Shown: positions 19,126 through 27,223 of the stretch, in pieces
Layout: every line of letters begins with the position of its first letter
Numbering within the stretch: position 1 is the stretch's first letter
NCBI GenBank assembly: GCA_964389675.1
Contig: CAYMEV010000012.1
Location: forward strand, 1-39,328
Length of the DNA: 39,328 nucleotides
Reading direction: 5' to 3'
DNA from: an uncultured Candidatus Sumerlaeota bacterium
GTDB lineage: Bacteria; CAYMEV01
Position numbers and translations under genes: made by a program
Notes under the pieces: generated by a model
The model's input: the letters and a program-made list of their open reading frames with translations, nothing else
Told to the model about the DNA's origin: nothing
The model's database searches: none

Positions 19126-20103
19126 ATGGATGATGACAGGTTTTATACAACCCAGGAGATAGCAGATCTTGTTGGAGTAAGCAAGAGTACTATCCTCAAC
19201 TGGTTAAAAGACGAAAAGATACCGATGCCGCAGAGAAACCTCCAGGGCTGGAGGCTTTTCTCCAAGGCCGACCTTGCAAAAATAAGGGAGATGATGGGAA
19301 TTTTCACCACAAACGGAAAATGCCACGTCATCACTCTCACAAACCAGAAAGGCGGATGCGGCAAAACCACCACAAGCATAAACTTAAGCGCATATTTTGC
19401 AATGGAAAATTATAAGGTCCTGCTTATAGACATGGATGCACAGGCACATGCAACAAAGACATTTGCAGAGGATTTCTTCTCCATAAAGAAGACAATATTC
19501 AATGTGCTCGTCAATCAGGCAAACCTTGAGGATATAATACTAAATACAAATATACCCAATCTGTTTATTGTTCCCTCTAATATAACCCTTGCTACGGTCG
19601 AGCCTCATTTATACACAAATCCTGACGGGTTTTTCAGGCTTAATATTGCTGTTGAAAAGCTTATCAAAAACAGCAGGTATAATTTTGATTTTATACTTAT
19701 AGATACTCCTCCAACCCTTGGAATGGCAACGCATAATGCTCTTATTGCTTCAAAATACGTTCTTATCCCCATTGAATCATCCTATTTTGCCCTGGAGGGG
19801 ACTGAGGACCTGCTTGATACTGTTCAGAGGATAAAAGCCAGGGCAAACCCTGAACTCAAGATACTGGGTGCTGTAATAACACTCCATGACCATCAGACAA
19901 TACTTGCAAATGATGTTAAGAAGAAGCTTCAGATTCGCTTTGGCTCAAGTCTGCTGAATACTTGCATAAGAAAGAATGTCAGGCTTAAGGAAGCTCCTGC
20001 TTCAGGTGAATCAATATTCACATATGCCGAGAAATCATCAGGTTCGAGCGATTATAAATCACTTGCAATTGAAATATTGCAGAGGCTGAAGGAAGAGAAA
20101 TGA
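19126..20103 (+). CDS. parA: ParA-family ATPase with N-terminal MerR/excisionase-like HTH (type Ia, plasmid/chromid-like)
   Basis: HTH 'YTTQEIADLVGVSKSTILNW...RNLQGWRLF'; deviant Walker A 'QKGGCGKTT', 'IDMDAQ' and 'IDTPP'. The ATG at 19126 is preferred over the TTG at 19114. Confidence 0.9.
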   Translation: MDDDRFYTTQEIADLVGVSKSTILNWLKDEKIPMPQRNLQGWRLFSKADLAKIREMMGIFTTNGKCHVITLTNQKGGCGKTTTSINLSAYFAMENYKVLLIDMDAQAHATKTFAEDFFSIKKTIFNVLVNQANLEDIILNTNIPNLFIVPSNITLATVEPHLYTNPDGFFRLNIAVEKLIKNSRYNFDFILIDTPPTLGMATHNALIASKYVLIPIESSYFALEGTEDLLDTVQRIKARANPELKILGAVITLHDHQTILANDVKKKLQIRFGSSLLNTCIRKNVRLKEAPASGESIFTYAEKSSGSSDYKSLAIEILQRLKEEK

Positions 20104-20999
20104 AGAAAAAGGGACTGCCACAGGAATATATCAAAAATACAAGTACCTTTATTGAACACCCTTCAGACCTTATACCCATACAGGACGGATTCTTCACATA
20201 CCTTGATATCAACAGCATAAAAATACCTGTTGAACAGGTAAGAAAGCATTTTGACGAACAGGGGATGGAGGAACTAATTCAGTCAATAAAACAGAACGGG
20301 CTTATTCAGCCTGTAATTGTCAGGGAGGATAATTCAAGCATATACCTGGTATCCGGCGAAAGAAGGCTCAGGGCGTGCAAAAGCCTTAAAATAGAGCAGA
20401 TACCTGCCATATTCACAAATAAGAACCCTGATATCATTTCTCTTATAGAGAACCTGCAGAGGGAAGACCTGACCCCTTTTGAAGAGGCATATGCATACAG
20501 CAGCCTTAAGATGAAGTTTAAGGTAACATTATCAGACCTTTCAAGAATGGTTGGCAAGGATTACAAGTATATTAGCAGAATAATGAGGCTTATTGAGCTT
20601 CCTGACTCTATCAAGAATGAATTCGTGACATCACGAATTTCAAAGGAGCTTCTTATAAGGATATCACAGATAAATGACAAGCAGGAACAGCTCAGGATAT
20701 GGAATATACTAAAGACAGGGGAATTCACTGTAAAAGAGGCAAAAAAGATACTTAAAACAAGGAAAAAAAGGGGCTCAAACCTTTTTAACAGCGCAAAGGT
20801 CCATAGATATATAAATACTATACAAAATGAGATAAGAAAGCTTCCAGAAGAGGACGTTCTGGATAATGCAGAAGAGATGGAATCATTTATAAAAGCGCTT
20901 GAGGACTTCATAGAAGGCCTGAAAAAACGGATAAATAAGAAGGATAAGTACCTGTTATCGGATAATGGGGTAAATAATTCGGATAATGGGTTAAAATAA
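20100..20999 (+). CDS. parB: ParB/RepB/Spo0J-family CTPase partition protein
   Basis: 'GLIQPVIV', CTP-binding 'GERRLRA', 'IENLQREDL' and an HTH; ATGA overlap with parA. Confidence 0.9.
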   Translation: MKKKGLPQEYIKNTSTFIEHPSDLIPIQDGFFTYLDINSIKIPVEQVRKHFDEQGMEELIQSIKQNGLIQPVIVREDNSSIYLVSGERRLRACKSLKIEQIPAIFTNKNPDIISLIENLQREDLTPFEEAYAYSSLKMKFKVTLSDLSRMVGKDYKYISRIMRLIELPDSIKNEFVTSRISKELLIRISQINDKQEQLRIWNILKTGEFTVKEAKKILKTRKKRGSNLFNSAKVHRYINTIQNEIRKLPEEDVLDNAEEMESFIKALEDFIEGLKKRINKKDKYLLSDNGVNNSDNGLK

Positions 21000-21087
21000 A
21001 TCAGATTATGAGATATTTTTATTTGATTTCTGAGATAAATTTAATCGTATTCCGGGGTAAGAAAAATTGGTTTCTGAGATAAATTTT
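20957..21087 (+). repeat. Six degenerate ~17-bp direct repeats with 21-22 bp period (iteron-like origin array)
   Basis: Starts at 20957, 20978, 21000, 21022, 21044 and 21066: atcggataatggggtaa, ttcggataatgggttaa, atcagattatgagatat, tttgatttctgagataa, atcgtattccggggtaa, attggtttctgagataa. T2, T7, G11, G13, T15 and A16 are invariant. Confidence 0.75.
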
Positions 21088-21176
21088 AATATGTTTTATT
21101 CGTATTTTACCGATAAAATGAAATCATGTAATATATATTTAATTATATAAATAACAAATATTAACATATATAAACA
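21088..21176. other. AT-rich tract next to the iteron array (candidate DNA-unwinding element)
   Basis: Nearly all A/T over 21129-21174, with 10-bp-phased ataacaaata/ttaacatata/taaaca units; lies between the repeats and the rep start. Confidence 0.55.
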
Positions 21177-21194
21177 GGGACTGGGAGATCATAT

Positions 21195-22613
21195 TTGCAG
21201 GCTGTTAATAAAAATCAAAAGCATCTGATTTCAAAGGATGAAATGAATCTTGTAGAGTTTCCCTTTGCCCTCCTGTCGAACAGGCACCCGCTCAACAGTT
21301 CAAAGACCCTTATTTTCAGCGATGAGATCAGAGGGCCCATGAATGCTAAAATACTCAGGGAATGGGTAGTAACGGGTTCTGATATTCACGGCCTGCCTCT
21401 CAGCATGGATGAGGAGCTTCTTCTGGGTATCCTCTATCTTGGGCATTTATCGAAATTTGACGGGCCTGAGGTATATTTTATAAAGAAGCAGGTCCTGGAT
21501 GTCCTGAAATGGGGGACAAATAAACAGTACTATAAAAGGCTTGAAATGGGTCTTGCAAGGCTTAAGGGAGTCTCAATATTTGCCAAAAATGCCTTCTGGG
21601 ATAATGCTACAAAAAGCTATACTACCGTGGGTTTCGGAATAATAAGTGATTTTCTCCTTAAGAATGACGGCAAGGGAAGGAAGAGCAATGCCATTGACAA
21701 AGAGGATATGTCCATGGTCACACTTGACAGGTATATTTACAGAAGCATAAAAAGCGGTTATATAAAATCCCTTGATTTTTCCTTCTGGGTTGATCTTGAG
21801 ACCTCCGTATCAAAGAGGCTTTTCAGGTACCTTGATAAGAAATTTTTCAGGGATAACTGCTTTGAGATAAATATTGACAAGCTTTGCCATGAAAAGCTCG
21901 GACTCAGCAGAAATATAGTATACAGGTCAAGCATGATGCAGAAGATAGAGTCTGCAATAAGTGAGCTCGTTAAGAAGGGATATCTTCAGAGATATAATCT
22001 GAAAGGGGATAATATACAGTTCATAAGAAGCGAAAGGTTCAACAGGGGTATAATACAGGCAGGCGCTCAGAGAGATTTTTTTGAGCATTCCTCTATTATC
22101 GGCGAGCTTAAAACACTCGGTTTTGATGATAATTCATGCTTCTACCTTATTAAAAGGGATCCGGACAGGCTAAGGTCAGCTCTTAACATATATTATGCAG
22201 AAAAGAACAAGAGGTTTGAGCATGGCAAGGATCCCATAGCGAACCCTGTGGGCTATATCAGGAGGGTTTTTGATAATATAGGAGAAAATGCTCCTGGAAA
22301 TGGGGATAATCTTCTTAAAAAAGCAGAAACAGAAAAAGAAGGAAATGATATTTCAAGCGGGGATTTTAAGAAAGCTGACTCTATATGGAGAGCAATCCAG
22401 GATATCCTCTATGGCCAGGGCCAGAGCCAGGATGCCGATGACTTATCTGAATGGCTCAATCCCCTTGAAGCAGACAGGTTTTTCAATAATACACTCTACC
22501 TTAAAGTGCCTAATGAGATATACAGGAGATATATTGAGAGCACATACCTTGCATGTATATTTCAGGCATTAAAATCCATTGACAGGGCTTATTCAGTTCA
22601 GCTGGAAATATAA
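21195..22613 (+). CDS. repA: Plasmid-type replication initiator protein A with C-terminal DnaA N-terminal (domain I)-like domain
   Basis: N-term 'KDEMNLVEFPFALLS', 'GLPLSMDEELL' and 'KRLFRYLDKKF' are typical of winged-helix RepA/RPA initiators; 'IANPVGYI' motif; C-term 'IWRAIQDIL...WLNPL...NNTLYLKVPNEIYRRYIESTY' resembles DnaA domain I; TTG start after GGAG. Confidence 0.75.
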   Translation: MQAVNKNQKHLISKDEMNLVEFPFALLSNRHPLNSSKTLIFSDEIRGPMNAKILREWVVTGSDIHGLPLSMDEELLLGILYLGHLSKFDGPEVYFIKKQVLDVLKWGTNKQYYKRLEMGLARLKGVSIFAKNAFWDNATKSYTTVGFGIISDFLLKNDGKGRKSNAIDKEDMSMVTLDRYIYRSIKSGYIKSLDFSFWVDLETSVSKRLFRYLDKKFFRDNCFEINIDKLCHEKLGLSRNIVYRSSMMQKIESAISELVKKGYLQRYNLKGDNIQFIRSERFNRGIIQAGAQRDFFEHSSIIGELKTLGFDDNSCFYLIKRDPDRLRSALNIYYAEKNKRFEHGKDPIANPVGYIRRVFDNIGENAPGNGDNLLKKAETEKEGNDISSGDFKKADSIWRAIQDILYGQGQSQDADDLSEWLNPLEADRFFNNTLYLKVPNEIYRRYIESTYLACIFQALKSIDRAYSVQLEI

Positions 22614-22810
22614 TCAATCAAAAGCAGTATCCCTTCGCAGTCAAAGAAAATATAAAAATAATTCCTTTAATCCGCACTGGTATTTTTATATCTGAAAAAT
22701 GGATCTTCCTGTACCGTTGATTTATCATTCTAAAATACAATTACCTGAAAATGAAAATGGTTATGCCTGTAGTATGCGTGTTCTCTGCTAATCCAGGAAT
22801 GAATGCGTGT

Positions 22811-23635
22811 TTATAGTGAAATATATTGATAATCGCGGAGCAGGCCGTCTGCAAAATTATACAGGAAATATCCGCATTCCGTATTTTTTGCGGTTGAGCC
22901 GGGGTTATACTGAGTAAAGCCGAATTCTGAATCAGAAGAGATATATGCTTTATGAATATGCCCTGAGAATACATGCTTTATATTATTTTTCCTGATAAAA
23001 TCAAAAATATCCCGGTCATTGCGAATCTTGTGGAAATAGCTGTCTTTTGAACCGTCAGGCCTTAATAGTGAATGGTGTATTACCAGTATGACGGGTATAT
23101 TATCCCTGATAGAATCAAGGAATGCCTGCGCCCTGGCTATTTCAGACATGTCAGCATGACCTGAGGCATCAAAGAAAAGAGGGTTGAATCTGGCGGTATT
23201 AATCGATAAAAAGATTATTTCACCTTTAAATATTCGGATTTTGGGGTAAGGAAAGGAAGCAAAATCGTTTTTTGAGGTAAATATGCTGTGAAATAAATCG
23301 TTTTTTGAGGTAAGGTATGTATATTGGTCATGGTTGCCGGGTATAAGATATATCTTATCATCATTTATGGAGTTATATATTATCTCCCTGGCACGAAGGA
23401 ATTCATCCCTGAGGGAAAAGGAGCTTATATCCCCTGAAAATATGGTATAATCTACATTCCTTCCTTTAATATCATTTAATACCCTGTTCAGATTCCTTTC
23501 AGAATAAGATAATTGATATCTCCTTCTTAGATATAGATTTACCATGCCTGTCAATCTTTTTGAGAAAAGTGCGGGAATTAGGCCGGCCCTGAAAGGGGCA
23601 GTAATATGGCTGTCGCTGAAATGAGCTATCTTCAT
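22811..23635 (-). CDS. Calcineurin-like metallophosphoesterase (Icc/CpdA-like)
   Basis: All five motifs present: 'SDSH', 'SGD', 'GNHD', 'IHH' and 'GHIH'. Confidence 0.88.
   Translation of the reverse strand: MKIAHFSDSHITAPFRAGLIPALFSKRLTGMVNLYLRRRYQLSYSERNLNRVLNDIKGRNVDYTIFSGDISSFSLRDEFLRAREIIYNSINDDKIYLIPGNHDQYTYLTSKNDLFHSIFTSKNDFASFPYPKIRIFKGEIIFLSINTARFNPLFFDASGHADMSEIARAQAFLDSIRDNIPVILVIHHSLLRPDGSKDSYFHKIRNDRDIFDFIRKNNIKHVFSGHIHKAYISSDSEFGFTQYNPGSTAKNTECGYFLYNFADGLLRDYQYISL
23233..23313 (+). repeat. Three additional iteron-like 17-mers embedded in the metallophosphoesterase CDS
   Basis: ttcggattttggggtaa (23233) and atcgttttttgaggtaa (23264 and 23297, part of an exact 19-bp repeat); spacing 31 and 33 bp; all six invariant positions of the origin repeats are kept. 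Confidence 0.55.
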
Positions 23636-23651
23636 TATAATTGCGGAGTTA

Positions 23652-24755
23652 TTATTTTATTTTCCTTCTGATCAAGAAGACAGGCACTTCTACTACAGCC
23701 TGCTTTTCATAATCAAGCTCAATGATAATGCTGGCAGTCTGTGCCTGGAGCTTATCCGGGTCCTGAATAGCGATCTCAATTGCATGCCTTGTGAAAAGAT
23801 TTTCAGTGCTGTATTTGAATGAAAGCCCTTTCAGCGATGAATGGACATTCTTAATCCTGAATTTATCATTGCCGGCGGAATTTATATAAAGTTTGCGGAC
23901 AATTGGCTGCCCGGCCTGGTTATTCTCTTCCGGCGGCATTTCAGCGTCCAGGTGAATATTTATGGCATCGGGATAAGTATTGATATAGTGCTTTAATGAC
24001 ATATAAAGGGTTATATCGGTGCTTTTGAAGTCTTCATTGTCAGTTTTTATTGTGAATGTATAGATGGACCTGCGCGAACTTTCAAAATCAGGCCTGACCC
24101 TGTCAAAATCTGTAGAAATATCTATTCTGTATGCAGATTTTAGGCCCTTGAGAATATCCTGTCCTGCGGAGGGCCTTGGCGGTGTCGACCTCTGAGATTC
24201 ATACTGCAGTATCTCTGAGAAGTTTTTTATCTTTTTGGTTTCAATTTCAAATTTGCCTGTTTTATCTTCAACGCCGGTTATCTTTATTTCACTGTCTGCA
24301 TAGGAGATCAGGAAATATGTATCTTTTACCTCTTTGCTGTCAGGGAAAACATTGAGGAACTTCCTCTCATTGGGATATATCATATACTCATGGACAACAT
24401 TTATGGTAACATTAAGCCTTAATTCTCTTGCATGAGGCGAGTTTGTCGTTATAAGAACGCCTCTTGAAACCCTCCTGTCATCCTTTGAGATCTTGATCTT
24501 TAATTCTATTTTCCCAGCCTGACCAGGCTGGATTATCTTGTCGTAACTTGCGACAGAGCATCCTCATGTAGGCTTGGCATTCAGTATCTCAAGGGGCTTA
24601 TCGCCTGTGTTTGTTATTTCAAAGGTATGAACAAGAGCAGGCTGATATTTAAATTCCTCATAGACCGCATTTGTGTTCTCTATATAGGGTTTGGACTGAG
24701 AATATGCTCCCATTGAGGCAAATAAAATAATAATTAGCCATAAAAGCCTTTTCAT
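23652..24755 (-). CDS. Secreted DUF1573/Ig-like domain protein with in-frame UGA (probable selenocysteine, U-G-C motif); 367 aa if read through
   Basis: ORF 24564-24755 and ORF 23652-24383 are in the same frame and separated only by TGA at 24566-24564: ...FEITNTGDKPLEILNAKPT*GCSVASYDKIIQPGQAGKIELKI...ITTNSP...VHEYMIYP.... DUF1573 has 'xCGC' here. N-terminal signal peptide. Confidence 0.75.
24514..24563 (-). promoter_or_regulatory. Candidate bacterial SECIS hairpin(s) 3' of the in-frame UGA
   Basis: +1..+34: GGAU-GC-UCU-GUCG-[CAAGUUA]-CGAC-A-AGA-UA-AUCC; +33..+50: CCAGCCU-[GGUC]-AGGCUGG. Confidence 0.45.
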
Positions 24756-24807
24756 ATATTTAATCCTTTATATTTTCTTGATTAAAACTTAAACTTAAAT
24801 ATATATT

Positions 24808-25512
24808 TTGTCAATGAATAATTCAAGCCAGATATTTTATATTTCCCTTGCCGGGTATAAGAATATGTTTCTTATAACCTATCCTTTCCGCAGGAAGCAT
24901 CTGGCATTCACAGGACTGCAGTCCAGTTCCAGGGTATTTGAGAATCCCTCAGAATACATGCTGGTGATAGAATCGCCAGAGAATGAAACATTCATAAACA
25001 GCTATATAAAAGCAAACAGTGGCGCTCCCTCTATATTTGATGAAATTATCAGTGTTAAAAGAAGGCTTCACAGGTTTGCAGGTTTTGATTATGAGAAAAT
25101 CATCACCGAAGAAGAAAAGAAAGACCATATAATAACGGTCTCCTTAAACAGAAAGAGCATGCAAATATCGCTTTATGCAGACTATATTTCCTATGGCAGG
25201 GTATCAGACCCTTTTATTGTATCCTTCTCAGGTGACGGGGGCTGTTCAGAACCGATGTTCTATTCCCGGGAGGCAGGGCTGTACAGAATACTTGAGATGA
25301 ATTATAATTTCGGGCTTTATAGAACAGGCTACAGGCATCAGTTCCTGATCCTGGAGAAAAACGGCTCTTTAAGGAGCAGTTTCCTGGGCGGAAGGTTTTT
25401 TTGCGAGCTCTATGAAAAGGCATATCTAATGCCGGGAAGGGAAAGATTTATCCGGGATAGTCTATTTTCAGATAAATCAGCCTGTCAAAAGATATTAAGC
25501 CTGAAAGCCTGA
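24808..25512 (+). CDS. Hypothetical protein (true start possibly ATG 24865)
   Basis: 234-aa ORF fills the gap; no motif recognised. Its 5' end overlaps a TTGACA-17-TAAGTT promoter (24814-24786, minus strand) for the divergent gene. Confidence 0.55.
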   Translation: MSMNNSSQIFYISLAGYKNMFLITYPFRRKHLAFTGLQSSSRVFENPSEYMLVIESPENETFINSYIKANSGAPSIFDEIISVKRRLHRFAGFDYEKIITEEEKKDHIITVSLNRKSMQISLYADYISYGRVSDPFIVSFSGDGGCSEPMFYSREAGLYRILEMNYNFGLYRTGYRHQFLILEKNGSLRSSFLGGRFFCELYEKAYLMPGRERFIRDSLFSDKSACQKILSLKA

Positions 25513-25679
25513 ATATCACCTGAAATAAGAGCCTGAACCAAAAACATGTGGAAAAAAAGGGCTTTTTTTAAAAAAAATGCCCAAAATATGCATTTTTCTT
25601 GATTTTTTCTCTTGAAAACGAAAATTATTTGTTCTATTAATATTATCAAAAGTACCAAAAAATACGAAAGGAGTAGAAA

Positions 25680-25955
25680 ATGAACAAAGCAGATCTAGTT
25701 GCAAAGGTTGCATCAAAGTCAGGCCTTACAAAGAAAGACAGCGAAATTGCTGTTAACAGCGTAATGGCATCTCTCAAAGAGGCATTAAAGAATGATGACA
25801 AAATCCAGCTTATTGGATTTGGAACATTCAAGGTTGTTCAGAGAAAAGCAAGAAAAGGCATGAACATTCAGACAAAGAAACCCATCACCATTCCTGCAAA
25901 GAAAGCTGTCAGGTTTGTTCCTGGCAAAACACTCAAAGACATAGTAAACAAATAA
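25680..25955 (+). CDS. hup: DNA-binding protein HU
   Basis: 'MNKADLV', 'IQLIGFGTF', 'RKARKG' and 'IPAKKAVRFVPGKTLKD'; AAGGAG RBS. Confidence 0.95.
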   Translation: MNKADLVAKVASKSGLTKKDSEIAVNSVMASLKEALKNDDKIQLIGFGTFKVVQRKARKGMNIQTKKPITIPAKKAVRFVPGKTLKDIVNK

Positions 25956-25988
25956 GGTTTACCTGTTTTAGATTGGGATAGCTTTATG

Positions 25989-26546
25989 CTATCCCTTTTT
26001 TTTTGCGCTGTTCAGTATCCGTATATAGGGAATAGCGCTGAGCAGGGAAACCAGCGCCAGAATATAGGATATAATATGGATCATATTATAAGCATATGGT
26101 ATATGAACATAGTCCAGTGCAGCCCTTGCGATCAGTATTGCAATAAGGAGTATGGCCTGAAGGACCGTTTTGATCTTTCCGAATATTTTTGCCTGGGGGT
26201 TCAGTGACAGATAGCTTATCATAGGCCTTATTATTATGTTTACGGACAGTTCCCTAATTGTAAGAATGAAAAGTACGAAGGACGGGATCCAGTTCTGAAA
26301 AAAGAGAGCTGAAAAAGCAGTTATGTAAAATGCTACATCCGCGATAGGGTCAAGCAGTTTTCCCGTTATGGTTATCTGATTCCTGGACCTTGCTATATGG
26401 CCATCCATTATGTCGGAATATATTGCTAATGCAACACATGCCATGCAAAGCGATGATGAAAGCAGGGTATTGTCAATAAATACAAATACTGCAAAAAGAG
26501 GCGCAACCAGAAGCCTCATGGTAGTAAGCTTGATTGGAAGGTTCAA
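25989..26546 (-). CDS. CDP-alcohol phosphatidyltransferase (PgsA-like)
   Basis: 'MNLPIKLTTMR' and the signature DxxDGxxAR...GxxxDxxxD ('DIMDGHIAR...GKLLDPIAD'); 'GKIKT'. Confidence 0.85.
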   Translation of the reverse strand: MNLPIKLTTMRLLVAPLFAVFVFIDNTLLSSSLCMACVALAIYSDIMDGHIARSRNQITITGKLLDPIADVAFYITAFSALFFQNWIPSFVLFILTIRELSVNIIIRPMISYLSLNPQAKIFGKIKTVLQAILLIAILIARAALDYVHIPYAYNMIHIISYILALVSLLSAIPYIRILNSAKKKG

Positions 26547-26617
26547 AATGAATCTCCATTCATGATTTAATAATATTTATTGAATAATAATAGACAACCA
26601 TAAATAAATCTATAAAA

Positions 26618-27223
26618 TTGTTAGAAATGAATATACTGAATATAAAGAACAATATACCCAATACTCTTACCCTGATAAGGATAGTGCTTCTGCCGCTTTT
26701 TATTATCCTTCTTGTATATCACTATTTTCACCTTGCCCTTATGACTTTTTTTTTTGCGTCGCTTACAGATATACTGGACGGCTATTTTGCCAGGATCTTG
26801 AACCAGAAGACAGAGCTTGGATCATATCTTGACCCGATTGCCGACAAAATTCTAATTAATTCTTCGCTGATAGTATTCTCGACCATAGAGCTGAATAATA
26901 TGAGGGCTATTGTGCCTCTATGGTATATAATCGTTGTGATAAGCAGGGATTTTATAATCATTTTCGGATACTTTGTACTATTTTTCATCGTTGGCAAGGT
27001 AAAGGTGATACCAAGCAGGGAAGGAAAGGCAACATCCTTCCTTAATGTCCTTCTGATAGCCCTTATCCTTGTTTTCCTGAGCTTCGGGCTGGGGCAGTGG
27101 GCTTTTGATTCTCTCATCTATTTGGTATATTTAGTTGCAGTTCTATCCATTATAAGCGGAATGAAATACATTATCAGGGGAATTAATATTATCAATGCCG
27201 ACCAGGAAAATATATCTGATTAG
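26618..27223 (+). CDS. Second CDP-alcohol phosphatidyltransferase (PgsA/cardiolipin-synthase-like)
   Basis: 'IPNTLTLIR', 'DILDGYFAR...GSYLDPIADK' and 'SRD'; likely start ATG 26627. Confidence 0.85.
   Translation: MLEMNILNIKNNIPNTLTLIRIVLLPLFIILLVYHYFHLALMTFFFASLTDILDGYFARILNQKTELGSYLDPIADKILINSSLIVFSTIELNNMRAIVPLWYIIVVISRDFIIIFGYFVLFFIVGKVKVIPSREGKATSFLNVLLIALILVFLSFGLGQWAFDSLIYLVYLVAVLSIISGMKYIIRGINIINADQENISD

Noticed and set aside
20957-21087. Repeat array as a CRISPR or mini-CRISPR
   Set aside because: The period is only 21-22 bp with ~5-bp gaps, the repeats are degenerate and there are no cas genes; it fits iterons better.
19114-22613. Prophage, ICE or transposon carrying the par-rep module
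   Set aside because: No integrase, transposase, relaxase, phage gene, tRNA or flanking direct repeat was seen; both neighbours are ordinary cellular genes.
24564-24566. Genome-wide UGA reassignment (code 4/25)
   Set aside because: UGA terminates pilS, parA and fixC in ATGA overlaps, and also acpP; the other genes are uninterrupted.
25547-25555. Single DnaA-box match (TTTTCCACA, minus strand) upstream of hup
   Set aside because: One isolated 9-mer is expected by chance and there is no cluster.
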